Counted from the whole stretch's first letter, positions 12,915 to 25,659 are shown. The stretch: 63,284 bases of DNA, filler included, from Octopus bimaculoides (GCF_001194135.2; 6 parts of 6 records of this genome joined end to end with filler, not necessarily neighbours in it); one strand, 5' to 3'. Made by a program: numbers and translations. Notes: generated by a model not told the origin, from the letters alone.

Positions 12915-14325
12915 TTGTTGGATAGTATCAATCGGTTTCATCCACAACTGACTCATGATTCAGGAGATCGAAGAAGTGTTCTATCCAGCGACATGTGATC
13001 TCTGTTGATTTAGTAAACAGAGTAGAAGACACTTTGGAAAGCAAAGGAGCTGATGTGGAGCTCTTAGGCCCATAAAGTTGCTTCAAAAGATGGTAAAGCT
13101 TCTTGCTGTCGTTTGCATCAGCAACAGCCTGAACATCCTCCCACCAAGTGTTCTGCATCTTCCTGAGACATCACTGCAGTAGTGATTTTACATTGCTATA
13201 GTGGGCAGGTGCAAGATTTCGGTGCACAGCTGAAAGTCCTCTGTGCAGCAATACATTGTGGGCATGGCGCTTTACAACCAATAGTCGCTGAACTTCAGTA
13301 TCATTTTCATCAAACCAGTTTCTGTGTCTGGCAGTAGCATATTCCAGTGTTTCAGTAGCACATTGAAGAACCTGGTCTCGAAAGTCTTCCCATATTATAG
13401 TATTTTCAATTCTAGAAAGCGAGTCTGAAACGCTTTTCTCAACACAGCATCATATATCTTGTGGACATTCAGACGCCGAGGAATGCCAACTGGCCCTCTT
13501 CTCTTTTTCACTTTAATCATCATCCGGAACTTTGCTCGCACCAGACTGTGGTCTGTCCAGAATTCCGATCCATGAAAGGACTTGACATTTGTAATGTCAT
13601 AGATGTCGCGGTTGCGGATGATGACATAATCCAGCAAGTGTCAAACTTTAGATCTTGGATGCATCCACGTTGTTGTGTGATCACCTTTGTGTATAAAATG
13701 AGTGCTTGCGATGTAAAGTCCATGTTCATAGCAAAGATCCAGCAGAATGAGACCACTGCTATTCATTTTCTCTACACCAAAACGTCCTAAAGAGTTCCAT
13801 GTTTGCCAGTCTGTTCCCTCCCTGGCATTGAAATCCCCCAATAGAATGACTTAATGAGAATTGGGGATTTTCCTAAGTATAACTCTCAGCTGCGTATAAA
13901 GAATAGTTTTATCTTCAAATATAGCCTTCTAATAAGGCTTGCACTCTATTGACATTACCCAGAGACAAGCCAGAGCGAGGTGCCTGGTACCAATATGTGT
14001 CGCAGGCTCATGGATGTGGAAGTGCCATGATCTCTAGCACAAACCAAAGATCCCCAAAATGTTCAATGCCATTTCCTGCATATCTGGTTTTACATCAGAG
14101 TGACCTTCTAGAGACATGCTTCATATAGCCGTTGAGCCTGCACTAGGTTCATCCGACCTTTCAGCAGGTCTTGTTTTTAATCCTGCTGGGTTTCTAGCAA
14201 CCCTCCTCACCAAAGTAGCCTAGCCTGATGAGGGTGCTAGTTTAGTCACCGACAACTCGATCATGCAACAGGTTGTACTGGATACCATGTTACCAGTAGC
14301 ACTTATGAGAGCCTCATAAGTGACG
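12915..14325 (-). mobile_element. RTE-clade LINE: 5' UTR, AP endonuclease and linker; RT missing; multiple stops/frameshifts
   Basis: GDFNAREG..GRFGVEKMNSSGLILLDLC...TTWMHPRSK, LDYVIIRNRD...TDHSLVRAK and ADANDSKKLYHLLKQLYGP...RWIEHFFDLLN are RTE/BovB-type motifs. Confidence 0.9.
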
Positions 14326-14370
14326 TGACATAAATACATGCATATATATATATATATATATATATATTAA

Positions 14371-14613
14371 AGAATAGGGTAAAAAATTAGATATTAATTA
14401 ATATCAATTTAATACCAGGGAACAAGCACATTAAAAGAATCAGGGAGATTCAGAAAAAGTATCTGAGATCTCAAAGGATTATTGTATATGTATATATAAA
14501 TATATATATAAAGGAGGCCACTAGGTGGACTGCTAATGTGCTAGAAGAATATCACATGACATGTGATCTTCTAACACATTAGTAGTCCACCTAGTGGCCT
14601 CCTTTATATATAT
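14371..14613. repeat. Dispersed AT-rich repeat with terminal palindrome; second copy inverted at 58440-58610
   Basis: 14371-14548 matches the reverse complement of ~58440-58610; palindrome at ~14501-14613. Confidence 0.7.
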
Positions 14614-15490
14614 ATATATATAGACACACAGACAGACAGAAAGAGAAAAGAGAGAGAGAGGTGGGGAAGAATGTGTGATGACATTAAAATAATTCATTAC
14701 CGATCGCCATAAGTTTTGCTCAGTAATAGCTTTTCAAAAGAATCAAAAATTCTGGTTGGTTGATAGAATTTATAGTTAAATGCGACGGAATATTTGTATG
14801 CAGAAAATATTTTGATTAGAGTAAAAAAAAAAATATAGCATAATATAATACATGCTTGTATGCATAATACATTATTATACATGAGTGTGTGTATGTATGC
14901 ATGTATCTATGTACGTGTGTATGTATGTATGTATGTATGTGTGTGTGTGAGAAAGAGGTGGATAGGAGAGAGAACGGCAGAGAATCAGAGTTATTCAAAT
15001 GTGTGTCATAACACAGTATGGAGTACGTTCTTTTCTTTTATTTAGGAAATGTATTTCCAATGCTCTGTGCCAATCTATCGACCTTCATCTAGTCTTAAGA
15101 GGTTTACTAGTGCTATGCGAACGAGTGTCGTGTGCGACAGGCAAATCACGGGACATCTCTACACGTTCACATCTACCTCTTCTCTGATTTCTAATGACTT
15201 CATTTCATTGACTGCTAGTTCGGTCGTCTGCTTCTAGTGCGTCGTAGCGTTTTCTTTTTTCTTTTTTGTTTTTATTCTAACATTCCCGCACCACCCGTTA
15301 TACTTTTCGTTTTGTTCATTTTGCTGTCTTTTTTTCTTTTCATTATTTTTATGGCAGCCAAGTGTAAAGTGTACTTAATATTTCTCGATCCCCTCATTTC
15401 AAACGTAAGAATCATGCATTTTCATAAACATACCTACCACGCATCATATTGACTTAACTCGGTGCACCGTAAATAAGTACATGATTATAG

Positions 15491-15543
<53 letters not shown>

Positions 15544-15544
<1 letters not shown>

Positions 15545-15755
15545 GTTTCAAATTTTGGCGCAAGGCCAGCAATTTCAAGTGAGGAGTTAAGTCGATTACA
15601 TCGACCCCCAGTGATCAAGTGGTATTTGATTTATCGACCCCGAGAGGAAGAAAGGCAAGGTCCAACTCGACGGGATTTGATTCAGAATATAAAGAACAAC
15701 AATAAATGCTGTACCATTTCGTTTTCAGGAATTGTAGCGAATTTTGTCAATCCAA
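15544..15755 (-). mobile_element. tRNA-derived SINE with Nin-domain-like core, with (ATT)n tail
   Basis: Reverse complement of the 62927-63116 monomer (TTTATCGACCCC...GAAAGGCAAGG); abuts (TAA)n at 15494-15543. Confidence 0.75.
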
Positions 15756-16630
15756 TAACAATAATATTAATAACAACAACAACAGCAACAACAACAACAA
15801 CAACATCAACGAGGGCAGCAGAAATATTAATAAGAATAGTGGTTGTAAAATGATTTTTTTTTTATTGATATTAATAACATCAAAACGATTATTTCAATTA
15901 TCTGGAGTAGCTGAGAGTTACAGAAAGACAACAGAAAGAAAATGAGTATATGTTTGCTATGTTTTTCAATGTATATATTTAAAAAAAATTTTGCTAAACA
16001 AATGACACTCGAAATTAAAACTGACAAAACCGGAAAAGATTTATGCATACAAACATAATTAAAGAAAAGAAAGAGACCGAAAATAATAATGAAATAGATA
16101 ACGAATATATTTGACGTGATACATTAAATTTATATAAAATGCTGTCACTGATCTATCGTAATCTTTTCCTGTAGATCAAACGTAATCTCAGAACTTGCTT
16201 CTCTCACTCATTCTGGAACCATTTGAGCCAGGCACTGACAACTATCGATTCCACTATTCCAAATGTGTTCACTAGACATCGTGTACATACAGGGAAATGT
16301 TCGCTAGACAAAAACTGTACGATATTGCATTATTTGATACCGTTTTTTTTGCATTATGTGAATATATTAAAACTATACGTGAGAGCAGAGATAGTTTCGT
16401 GTGGCCATAAGCCGCCAGCAAGGCGTTTTACTTAATTTAACCTTTACGCTCGAGATTTCCATTTGTAGAAAAATGTCTGCTGGAGGATGTGTCTTATGGG
16501 TCTCCTTATTTGACCATGACGTATAACATAACGACAAATGTTTCAATGATGAGACAAGTTGTCAGGTGTTGCGTATCGGCGTGATGCTTCACTTCTCCAT
16601 GTAATTATGCATAGTTAAATATGCAAGTCC

Positions 16631-16685
<55 letters not shown>

Positions 16686-18527
16686 AAACTGACCAACTGG
16701 AAAGACGTTTACGACTCGGATCTCTTTTGCGTATTACATCTCTAAGCTATGAAACACTGTTTTAATGTACATGTGGAAGATTCTAACCAAAAATCTTATA
16801 TATTTAGGGTTAAAAAGCAGGAGAAAGAGAGAAAGAAGTCTAATAAAAGCATAAGAAATGAAGGGTAATCTAAAATCTCAACGCTTCGATCCCTTCTTCT
16901 CGAACTTTTGCATTAGGCTTGTGTAGAACAACATTATAGAATTTCAATGTCTGCAAATGTAGACATGTATCGCAAAAGAATTACAAAATGTGATCAATGT
17001 TTCTTGTGAGAAATATGTCTCTCTAACGTATTAGATCAGCCATCTGCAAACGGTTAAAACCAAAGAAAAACAAACGCCACCACTTCATTTGTAGAGCAGG
17101 ATATGTCATGGATTCTGAAAACTTCAATGAAAACGAAGAACATCTGGCCATATATTACCTCAACCATTTCTTAATCATGTTTTTGGAGAGCAGCAGAATG
17201 GTGGCGAAATAGCAGAGTCGCTAAGACGTTGGATGGGACGCCTCGTAGTATTCGTTCTGTGTCTCAACACTATGAGTTCAATTTCCATCTCTTCCAAGGT
17301 CAATAGAAAGGTACCAATGGAAAGAAATAGAATGGCGGAACTATTTGAGGATCAAACGAGAAGCTTTGTGGAATATTTTCAGTTTTTTTTCGTTCTGTTC
17401 TGACAGCAAAACCTGCGACAACACTGGTACCAAGCTGTATCAACAAAGTAGGTGGCACTTCCCTTGGATAAAAATCGTCGGCGACTTAGGCAGAGAAGTC
17501 TTGTATAATTTGGGCAACTAGTAGATTTCCTCAACTATCCTGAAGTTACACGTGCAGATGCACGATCAACAGTGACCAAGTGAGGCCCTATTCTTAGAGT
17601 AGTATTGGAAGGGATTCTATATCTATATCTCACCCAGTCCATTTATACGCAGAATACGAATTTTTCGTTGCTATTTATCCTAAGTAAATTGCTATTTAAT
17701 ATTTTGTCATTCTATGAAATGTGACCTATTGGTTTCACATTTTAGTACAAGGTCAGACATTTCGTAGGGAGGGGCTCTAAGTTGATTATATTGATTTTTA
17801 AAAAAGAAATCCAAGCTCTTTCTAGATGTGCTGGAATAAACATTCATGAGTGCTGTCTTTTACCAATGTGCTGAGTGATTTCATTATCAATTCTAGCATT
17901 TAAGGTTATCGTAGAGCGAAAATAGAAGAAAATAGTAAAATATAGTCACGGTCTTGATTGGGTTAATATCGATTTTTATGACAGAGCTTGACTGTGGTGC
18001 ATTTAAGCTAGGCTGATGAACAAGTTCAATTTCTGTGACACTAATAGTAAGACCAAAAACCTCGCATGACGTGGAAAATCAATTTACAAAAAATCTTGTC
18101 TGAGTTCCAAAGAATGAGCAACGAGTGAACAATCACCTGCAATATGTGTGTGTGTGCACACGCGTGTGTTTGTGTGAGTGTGTGTGTGTTTGAGAGAGAG
18201 AGAGAGACAGACAGACAGACAAAGGAAGTGAGAGAGGATGTGTGCATGCGTGTGAGAGAGGGACTGAGACAGAGAAAGAGAGAGTGAATGTATGCGTGTG
18301 CTCAAGCTTGCGAAAGGGTGTTTGCATATGTGCAAATGTCGGAATGCATTCGAATATTTTAAATGGTTATACGTGGAACAAAAAAATAATAATCATGTCA
18401 ATATGAAAAGCCATGAGCATAAGAAATACTGATAAATACATGTATGGAAAAGATTGCTAGTGACTTCGAAGTTTTGCCTTTTGTCGATTTCATAGCAAAC
18501 TACACACACACACACACACACAAACAA

Positions 18528-18558
<31 letters not shown>

Positions 18559-19346
18559 TGATATATGTGACAAATGAAGCTACGGCCGTCACTCGCAAGC
18601 GAGTAAGGCTTCGTAATATGGATCATACGCCTGCTATTTTCTGTGTCTAGATATCTATGCAGTCGTGTCACAGGCACTTTCTCAGCCCATCTCCACTCTC
18701 ACCCCTCACACCTCAATCCAACGGAATATCCAAGTAGCGACATCAGTGTTGTAGTATTATTTCCAATAGAGATTTTATGGTGCTTATGGGTGGAATAGGT
18801 TAGGGGTAGTCTCCGAAATTATTTTATGAGGAAGGGACAGCGGTTTCCGGGGAAAAATATACACGGAATTGCACGCCTCTATATATGAATATTAATGAAT
18901 GAATTAATATATGAATATTAATGAAGACATTGTGTGGTACATATGCATATGTAAGTGTTTGTATGAATGTGTGTGTGCGCGCACATGATTGTTGTGTTTC
19001 TGTGTGTTTGTATATGCAAATATATGCAGGAAGCAGTTTTGTGTATATAAAATTATGATAGGGTGTTAGACAGATAGCCACGTGATCATTTACATTATTA
19101 CTTTTGGAGTTTGTGTTTGTTTATCTGTATAGATGTACAAGTATATGTATATTTATTTATATCTATGTATGTGTCTGTATATACAGATACATATATGTAT
19201 ATATATATGAGTGTGTGTGTGTGTGTGTATATATATAATTTCTTTGTATGTGTATGTATTTGTGTGTGCATGCATATGTATATGTATGTATATACGCACA
19301 CACATATATAAATACACATGTATGTGTATATATATATATATATATA

Positions 19347-19391
<45 letters not shown>

Positions 19392-19417
19392 ATAGGTATC
19401 CGTTTTTCTGAGTGCGA

Positions 19418-19477
<60 letters not shown>

Positions 19478-20254
19478 GTAGTAGTACTATATCTGACTAT
19501 TGATCAACGAGTGGAGCAGTTCACTTAGCTGAGGAAATAAGCTAATGGATATCACATGAATTTTAAACTTGGCTAAGCGTCTTTCTTTCACTTTCACTTC
19601 GGCTTTCAAGATTGACACCGTATGCCGTGATTATGCTAACCTCACTCCCGTCCTCCCTCCCCCATCGCTCTTCCTTTTCATCATCATCAGTAGTAGCAAC
19701 AGCAACTGCAGCAGCCTAACGATGATGATCACCGCCACCGCCACCATTACCCATCACTACCACAAGGACAGACCACCACAACCGCTACCAATAGCATCTT
19801 CCCCACCTTCACCACTACTATGATTGTCATCGACGTCGTCATCAACAGTCTAGCAACGACACCACCACCACCGCCACCACACCATTACCATCACCATAAC
19901 AATGATTACCATCACAAGCTTCGCCACTGACCGCAACCACTACCATTGCTATCAATACCTTCCATCGCAATAATTACAATTATTATCATAACAATCATCA
20001 TCATGATTATCATCATCATTATCGTCGCCGTCGTCGTCAAATAAAAACAGCAAAATAGAAAAAAAACAAAAAAAAACAAGTGCAGAAAGGAAAAAAATTC
20101 AAGCACAAAATGTCGGAAAAAAAAGAAAAGAAATAAAAACTGACAACATGAACAACAATAACAATGACAAATATGATGCTATCACCATCGCTGGCACCAC
20201 TTGTGCTGGCACCAATACTACCACCAACACCAACAAAAAAACAATTAAAGAAGA

Positions 20255-20500
20255 ACGTCCTTCTCGAACATTGAGTCCACACGGCCGGTTTCCTTGTTTC
20301 TGTGGTGTATATATCTCTCCTGGATGGGACGACAGTCCATCGCAGGGTTACTCACTTTGGCATCTGAGTGCACCGGAGCAACGTGAAAGTAATTGCCTTG
20401 CTCCAGGACACAACGCATTGCCTGGTAAAGGAATTGAAGCCACAATCTCAAATTCATGAGAGGGACACACCGGACCACTGCGCCGCACGACTCCGCACCA
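20255..20500 (-). mobile_element. tRNA-derived SINE with CORE/V-like domain (second family)
   Basis: GGAGCAACGTGAAA...GCTC..GACACAACGCA...GGAATTGAA; homologous to 20690-20943 and ~44370-44600. Confidence 0.7.
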
Positions 20501-20689
20501 ACGTCAATATCAACAGCCACGGACAACAGCAACGAGAACAACAGTAACAACAAAGACAACACTTTCACCACCGTCACCACCGCCGCCACCACTGCAGGAA
20601 CAATATCAATAACAGCGCCACTATCGCGCCTACCCCACCACAAACAGCTCCACCACTATCATCACCGCCACCACCACTAGTACCCAAAA

Positions 20690-20943
20690 GAGTGCAAAGG
20701 TCCTTCCCGAGCCATGGGCACGCAAGTCTGGTTTCCTGGGTTCTGTGGTGTTTATATTCTCCCTCCTGGATGGGAAGCTAGTCTCTCACATGATTACTCA
20801 CTTTTGCCGGCATAGCGGACTGGGGCAACGTGAAATGAAGAGTTTTACTCGAGAAAACAATGCATCGTCCAGTCCAGGAATCGAAACCCCAATCTTACGA
20901 CCACGCGTGCAACACACCTAACCACTAAGCCACACGCCTTCAC
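20690..20943 (-). mobile_element. tRNA-derived SINE with CORE/V-like domain
   Basis: Head reverse complement GGAATCGAAACC...CCTAACCACTAAGCCACACGCC contains B and A boxes. Confidence 0.75.
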
Positions 20944-21066
20944 CTGACATGAACACCAATATCGACAACAGGAATAGGAATGACAATAATACTACCACTA
21001 TCGCTACTACCAACCACCAGCACCACCAGTTTTACCACCACCGCCACCAGTGTCACCACGACTACC

Positions 21067-21098
<32 letters not shown>

Positions 21099-21525
21099 CA
21101 ACATCACAATCACAACCACTACAACAGACACTACCACCCACCGGAGGGAGCCTGTATGTGGTTGTTCGATCTGCGAGAAATAGCACAAGAACCGCTACCA
21201 CCACCACCACCACCACTACAACCAACACCATCGTCACCACTACTAGAATTAGCGTTATCGAATCCACCACCTACCATCATCTTCATCATCGTCATCACTA
21301 CCCTCATCATCACCTTCATCATCAACATCTCCACCACCGCTATCATCATTAACATCATCATCATCATCACATTGCCATCACGCGAGAATCATTAACAACG
21401 TGAAGGCGGCAAAGGTAGCAGCACCACCACCAACAACAACACCAGAAGCACCACCACCACCACCACCACCACCACCACCACNNNNNNNNNNNNNNNNNNN
21501 NNNNNNNNNNNNNNNNNNNNNNNNN

Positions 21526-21537
21526 TTAATTAATTAA
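21526..21537. other. Artificial six-frame-stop linker inside an N gap (also 28374, 51911, 58268, 61040)
   Basis: An identical TTAATTAATTAA flanked by ~44 N on each side occurs five times. Confidence 0.9.
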
Positions 21538-21864
21538 NNNNNNNNNNNNNNNNNNNNNNNNNNNNNNNNNNNNNNNNNNNNGGTGGTGGCGGTGGTGGCC
21601 ACGAAAAAAAAAAAAAGACTTGTTGAGCACAAATACATACATATACGTAAATTGTACTCAGACATACTTTCATATTCGCGTATGAATGCAAGCACTAACG
21701 TACGTGTGCAAGCATCTGTGCGTGTGCTCGTGTGTGTGTGTGTATGTGTGTGTTGAGTGTGTTGTGTCTGTGTGTTTGCACATGTATACATCGACATCGT
21801 TTTAAGTTCATACATACATGCACACACACATACATGTTTGTGTGTATATCTGCGTGTGTGTGCA

Positions 21865-21915
<51 letters not shown>

Positions 21916-21930
21916 ATACATATATATATA

Positions 21931-23430
21931 TCGTGGCTCTCCGTCGGTTACGACGACGAGGGTTCCAGTTGAATCGATCAAGGGAACAGCTTGCTCGTGA
22001 AATTAACGTGCAAGTGGCTGAGCACTCCACAGACATGTGTACCCTTAACGTAGTTCTCGGGGCGATTCAGTGTGACACAGAGTGTGACTGTACCATTAGA
22101 CCAGACCTTGTTTCAGGGTCTTACCCTTCCTCAGTACTGGACACCGGTCAGCTAGACATGACAGTCGTTCATCCCAGCTCGCAATATATAAATAAATAAC
22201 CGTCATTCAGCCGCTGATCTTGCAACATGTAAAGTAGCCAGTTCTATTATCTCTGTAAGAGATGTAAATAGTAACTGTACTGAAAAGTAATGACTGTTAT
22301 CCCCTGGACGTCGTTGTTCCATACAAAACACTATTACTACTCCTTTTAACCCCAGGAGGACACCTCCTGCAGTTGGTTTACGACACAATATGTGTCCGTT
22401 ATATTGCAAACAAGGGAACAAGCAACACCCATCGTTAAATCTCCAAGGAACCATTTGATGTAAGCATGGGTTCAAAGGATATATAAAATCCAAATTAAAG
22501 GAGTGGAAAATGTAAAATGCGCACTACATCTGTTGCATCAGTTACGTAAGAAACTTATGTATCGTGCAGTTTATCTATTCCACTCCCACAATGTGATTCG
22601 TATTTTCAGCAGATTTAGTTGACGGCTGTGAGCTATGTAGAAACTGTCATCTTGTCGAATTTCTACGCAACTTCGATACGGGAAAAAGTGTGTAACTCTC
22701 GGTGCCAATAAATTGTTATTGTATTTTATCGTACACTGTCTACTGTCCATTCTCTAAAGCTGCCTCTTACTGCTTGAAGCTTGCAAATGTCTTATACTCG
22801 GATCCTCGCAACTTGTATATATGTAAACACACAAAAAAATTGAGGTTTATTTATGATTTATTTTATCAGCTACTTACGTTTCAAATAGAATAGCATTCCT
22901 CAAAATACTGCGACGCAACACATATGCACGTTTAATCGATCCCATTTTGATCAATTAAAAAGCCACAGAGAAAGAAATGTTTAACACCATCTTATGTTTT
23001 TCGAGGCAATATCACCACTACTCATATTCCTGGACATTTTGAGGGACTAAGTAATAAAATTGGATCAGCTGATTCTTTCACTTATATTGGACCGTTTCAC
23101 TCACTAGTCTGAGAGCAGATAGGCTACTTTACATGTTGCAAGATCAGCGGCTGAATGACGGTTATTTATTTATATATTGCGAGCTGGGATGAACGACTGT
23201 CATGTCTAGCTGACCGGTGTCCAGTACTGAGGAAGGGTAAGACCCTGAAACAAGGTCTGGTCTAATGGTACAGTCACACTCTGTGTCACATTGAATCGCC
23301 CCGAGAACTACGTTAAGGGTACACATGTCTGTGGAGTGCTCAGCCACTTGCACGTTAATTTCACGAGCAAGCTGTTCCCTTGATCGATTCAACTGGAACC
23401 CTCGTCGTCGTAACCGACGGAGAGCCACGA
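21931..23430. mobile_element. Foldback-like unit: 309-bp inverted arms (21931-22239 / 23122-23430) around an 882-bp unique core
   Basis: Arms are reverse complements with one mismatch that I could find; both outer flanks are (TA)n. Confidence 0.75.
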
Positions 23431-23954
23431 TATATATATATGTATATAGATANNNNNNNNNNNNNNNNNNNNNNNNNNNNNNNNNNNNNNNNNNNNNNNN
23501 NNNNNNNNNNNNNNNNNNNNNNNNNNNNNNNNNNNNNNNNNNNNNNNNNNNNNNNNNNNNNNNNNNNNNNNNNNNNNNNNNNNNNNNNNNNNNNNNNNNN
23601 NNNNNNNNNNNNNNNNNNNNNNNNNNNNNNNNNNNNNNNNNNNNNNNNNNNNNNNNNNNNNNNNNNNNNNNNNNNNNNNNNNNNNNNNNNNNNNNNNNNN
23701 NNNNNNNNNNNNNNNNNNNNNNNNNNNNNNNNNNNNNNNNNNNNNNNNNNNNNNNNNNNNNNNNNNNNNNNNNNNNNNNNNNNNNNNNNNNNNNNNNNNN
23801 NNNNNNNNNNNNNNNNNNNNNNNNNNNNNNNNNNNNNNNNNNNNNNNNNATATATATATATTTATAATTGCATAATATATTATAATGATATTTTATTCTC
23901 CGATTTGAAGCGAAGATTTATAAACACAAACAATTGACTGAAAAATGATGAGCT

Positions 23955-24027
23955 AACCCCAGCCAGAATCGAACCCACAAATCAACGCTAACATGGCTCC
24001 TTGCGGATCCGATTAGGCCAAACGCCC
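23955..24027 (-). promoter_or_regulatory. Degenerate tRNA-like sequence with Pol III A/B boxes
   Basis: A box TGGCCTAATCGG (24020-24009) and B box GTTCGATTC (23974-23966) at tRNA-like spacing; the cloverleaf is not intact. Confidence 0.55.
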
Positions 24028-24224
24028 ACCCATCACATGCCATATATATATACATATATACAAATATTCTATAATTATAAACAAAATAATTGCTTCACCA
24101 CATACCGAATTTAGAAATAGGAGTTAAAAATTCCTTTTCTACTACTGTAAGAATCTCCACAACAGTAACACACTTTTTTTTACGTAGGCAGAGAAAAGAC
24201 AATAAATCAACACGACTCCAATTA

Positions 24225-24283
24225 GCCACAGACGCGTTTCGAGATTAAAGTGTTTTTAATTACTTACTTCTCTTCAATGTAGC
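24225..24283 (-). ncRNA. Minimal type I hammerhead ribozyme candidate
   Basis: GCUACA-UUGAAGA-(stem II region)-GAAA-CGCG-UC-UGUGGC: 6-bp stem I, C3U core variant, G10.1-C11.1 pair, palindromic ACGCGU stem III and a GUC cleavage triplet. Confidence 0.7.
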
Positions 24284-25176
24284 ATTTCCAATTATAAAAT
24301 TTGAAAGTGCTAGGGTTAAATGTGCACACGATCGGGCGACATCGTGCAACAGATATCCAACTAACACTTCCAAAATTTACACAACCGAATGTGAATACAC
24401 TATTCATCCCTTGTACCCACGTGTATGTTACGAGCAGTACCGCAGAAAGCTGCAGTAGTCTATCATGGAGTAAATTATAATTTCAAATTAATAATAAAAG
24501 GGTTTAATTAATTAATTTTACCCTTTNNNNNNNNNNNNNNNNNNNNNNNNNNNNNNNNNNNNNNNNNNNNNNNNNNNNNNNNNNNNNNNNNNNNNNNNNN
24601 NNNNNNNNNNNNNNNNNNNNNNNNNNNNNNNNNNNNNNNNNNNNNNNNNNNNNNNNNNNNNNNNNNNNNNNNNNNNNNNNNNNNNNNNNNNNNNNNNNNN
24701 NNNNNNNNNNNNNNNNNNNNNNNNNNNNNNNNNNNNNNNNNNNNNNNNNNNNNNNNNNNNNNNNNNNNNNNNNNNNNNNNNNNAAAAAAAAACAAATACA
24801 ATTATATCAATTTGATTTGCTTCGACTGTTTCATGGTTTCTTCTTTGGCGGGGGTTTTATACTAATTATATAAATATAAGATGTTGTATGGGGGGCTTGT
24901 GCGTATGTGGGTATGTGAGGTGTGTGTGTGTGTGCGCGAGAGAGCGAGCGCAGAAGATTCAGCGTGAGGAAGATAGTGAAGGATGTGAACGTGTGTGTAT
25001 GCATATACGTACTCTTATATATGTGTGTGTACGTATTTTATATTTGTATGTATGTATGTATGTATGTATGTATGCATGTATGTATGTATTTATCTATCTA
25101 TCTATCTATCTATCTGTCTGTTTGCTGGTCTGCGTGTCACTTTCTCCATCTCTCTCCCACCCTCTCTGTCTGTCTG

Positions 25177-25210
<34 letters not shown>

Positions 25211-25257
25211 CACGCATCTATGTATATACATCTATGTATATATTTCTGTCACTGCAC

Positions 25258-25445
25258 TTGTTTTAGTCATTTGACTGCGGCCATACTGGAGCACCACTTT
25301 TAGTCGAACGAATCGACCCCAGGATTTATTCTTTGTAAGCCTAGTACTTATTCTATCGGTCTCTTTTTGCCGAACCGCTAAGTTACGGGGATGTAAACAC
25401 ACCAGCATCGGTTGTCAAGCGATGGTGAGGGGCAACAGACACACA
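25258..25445 (-). mobile_element. CORE-like SINE, 3' half
   Basis: Near-identical to 54000-54170 (TTTGACTGCGGCCATACTGGAGCACC...GGTTGTCAAGCGATG). Confidence 0.85.
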
Positions 25446-25467
25446 TCTATCTATCTATCTATCTCTA

Positions 25468-25536
<69 letters not shown>

Positions 25537-25659
25537 GATTTGACGGCATAGAGCGTTGTATGTGTATGTGTCTGTATATCTGTATTTCTCTGTATGATTG
25601 TATCTGTATATGATTGTGCTCATTGTTCATCGCGCTTGACTATGCGCTCTCTCCCGCAG

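Noticed and set aside
16223-16435. RHRVHTGK resembling a C2H2 zinc-finger linker
   Set aside because: No CxxC...HxxxH spacing around it; treated only as a weak exon candidate.
23955-24027. Functional tRNA gene
   Set aside because: The acceptor, anticodon and T stems do not pair properly; only the A/B boxes are retained.
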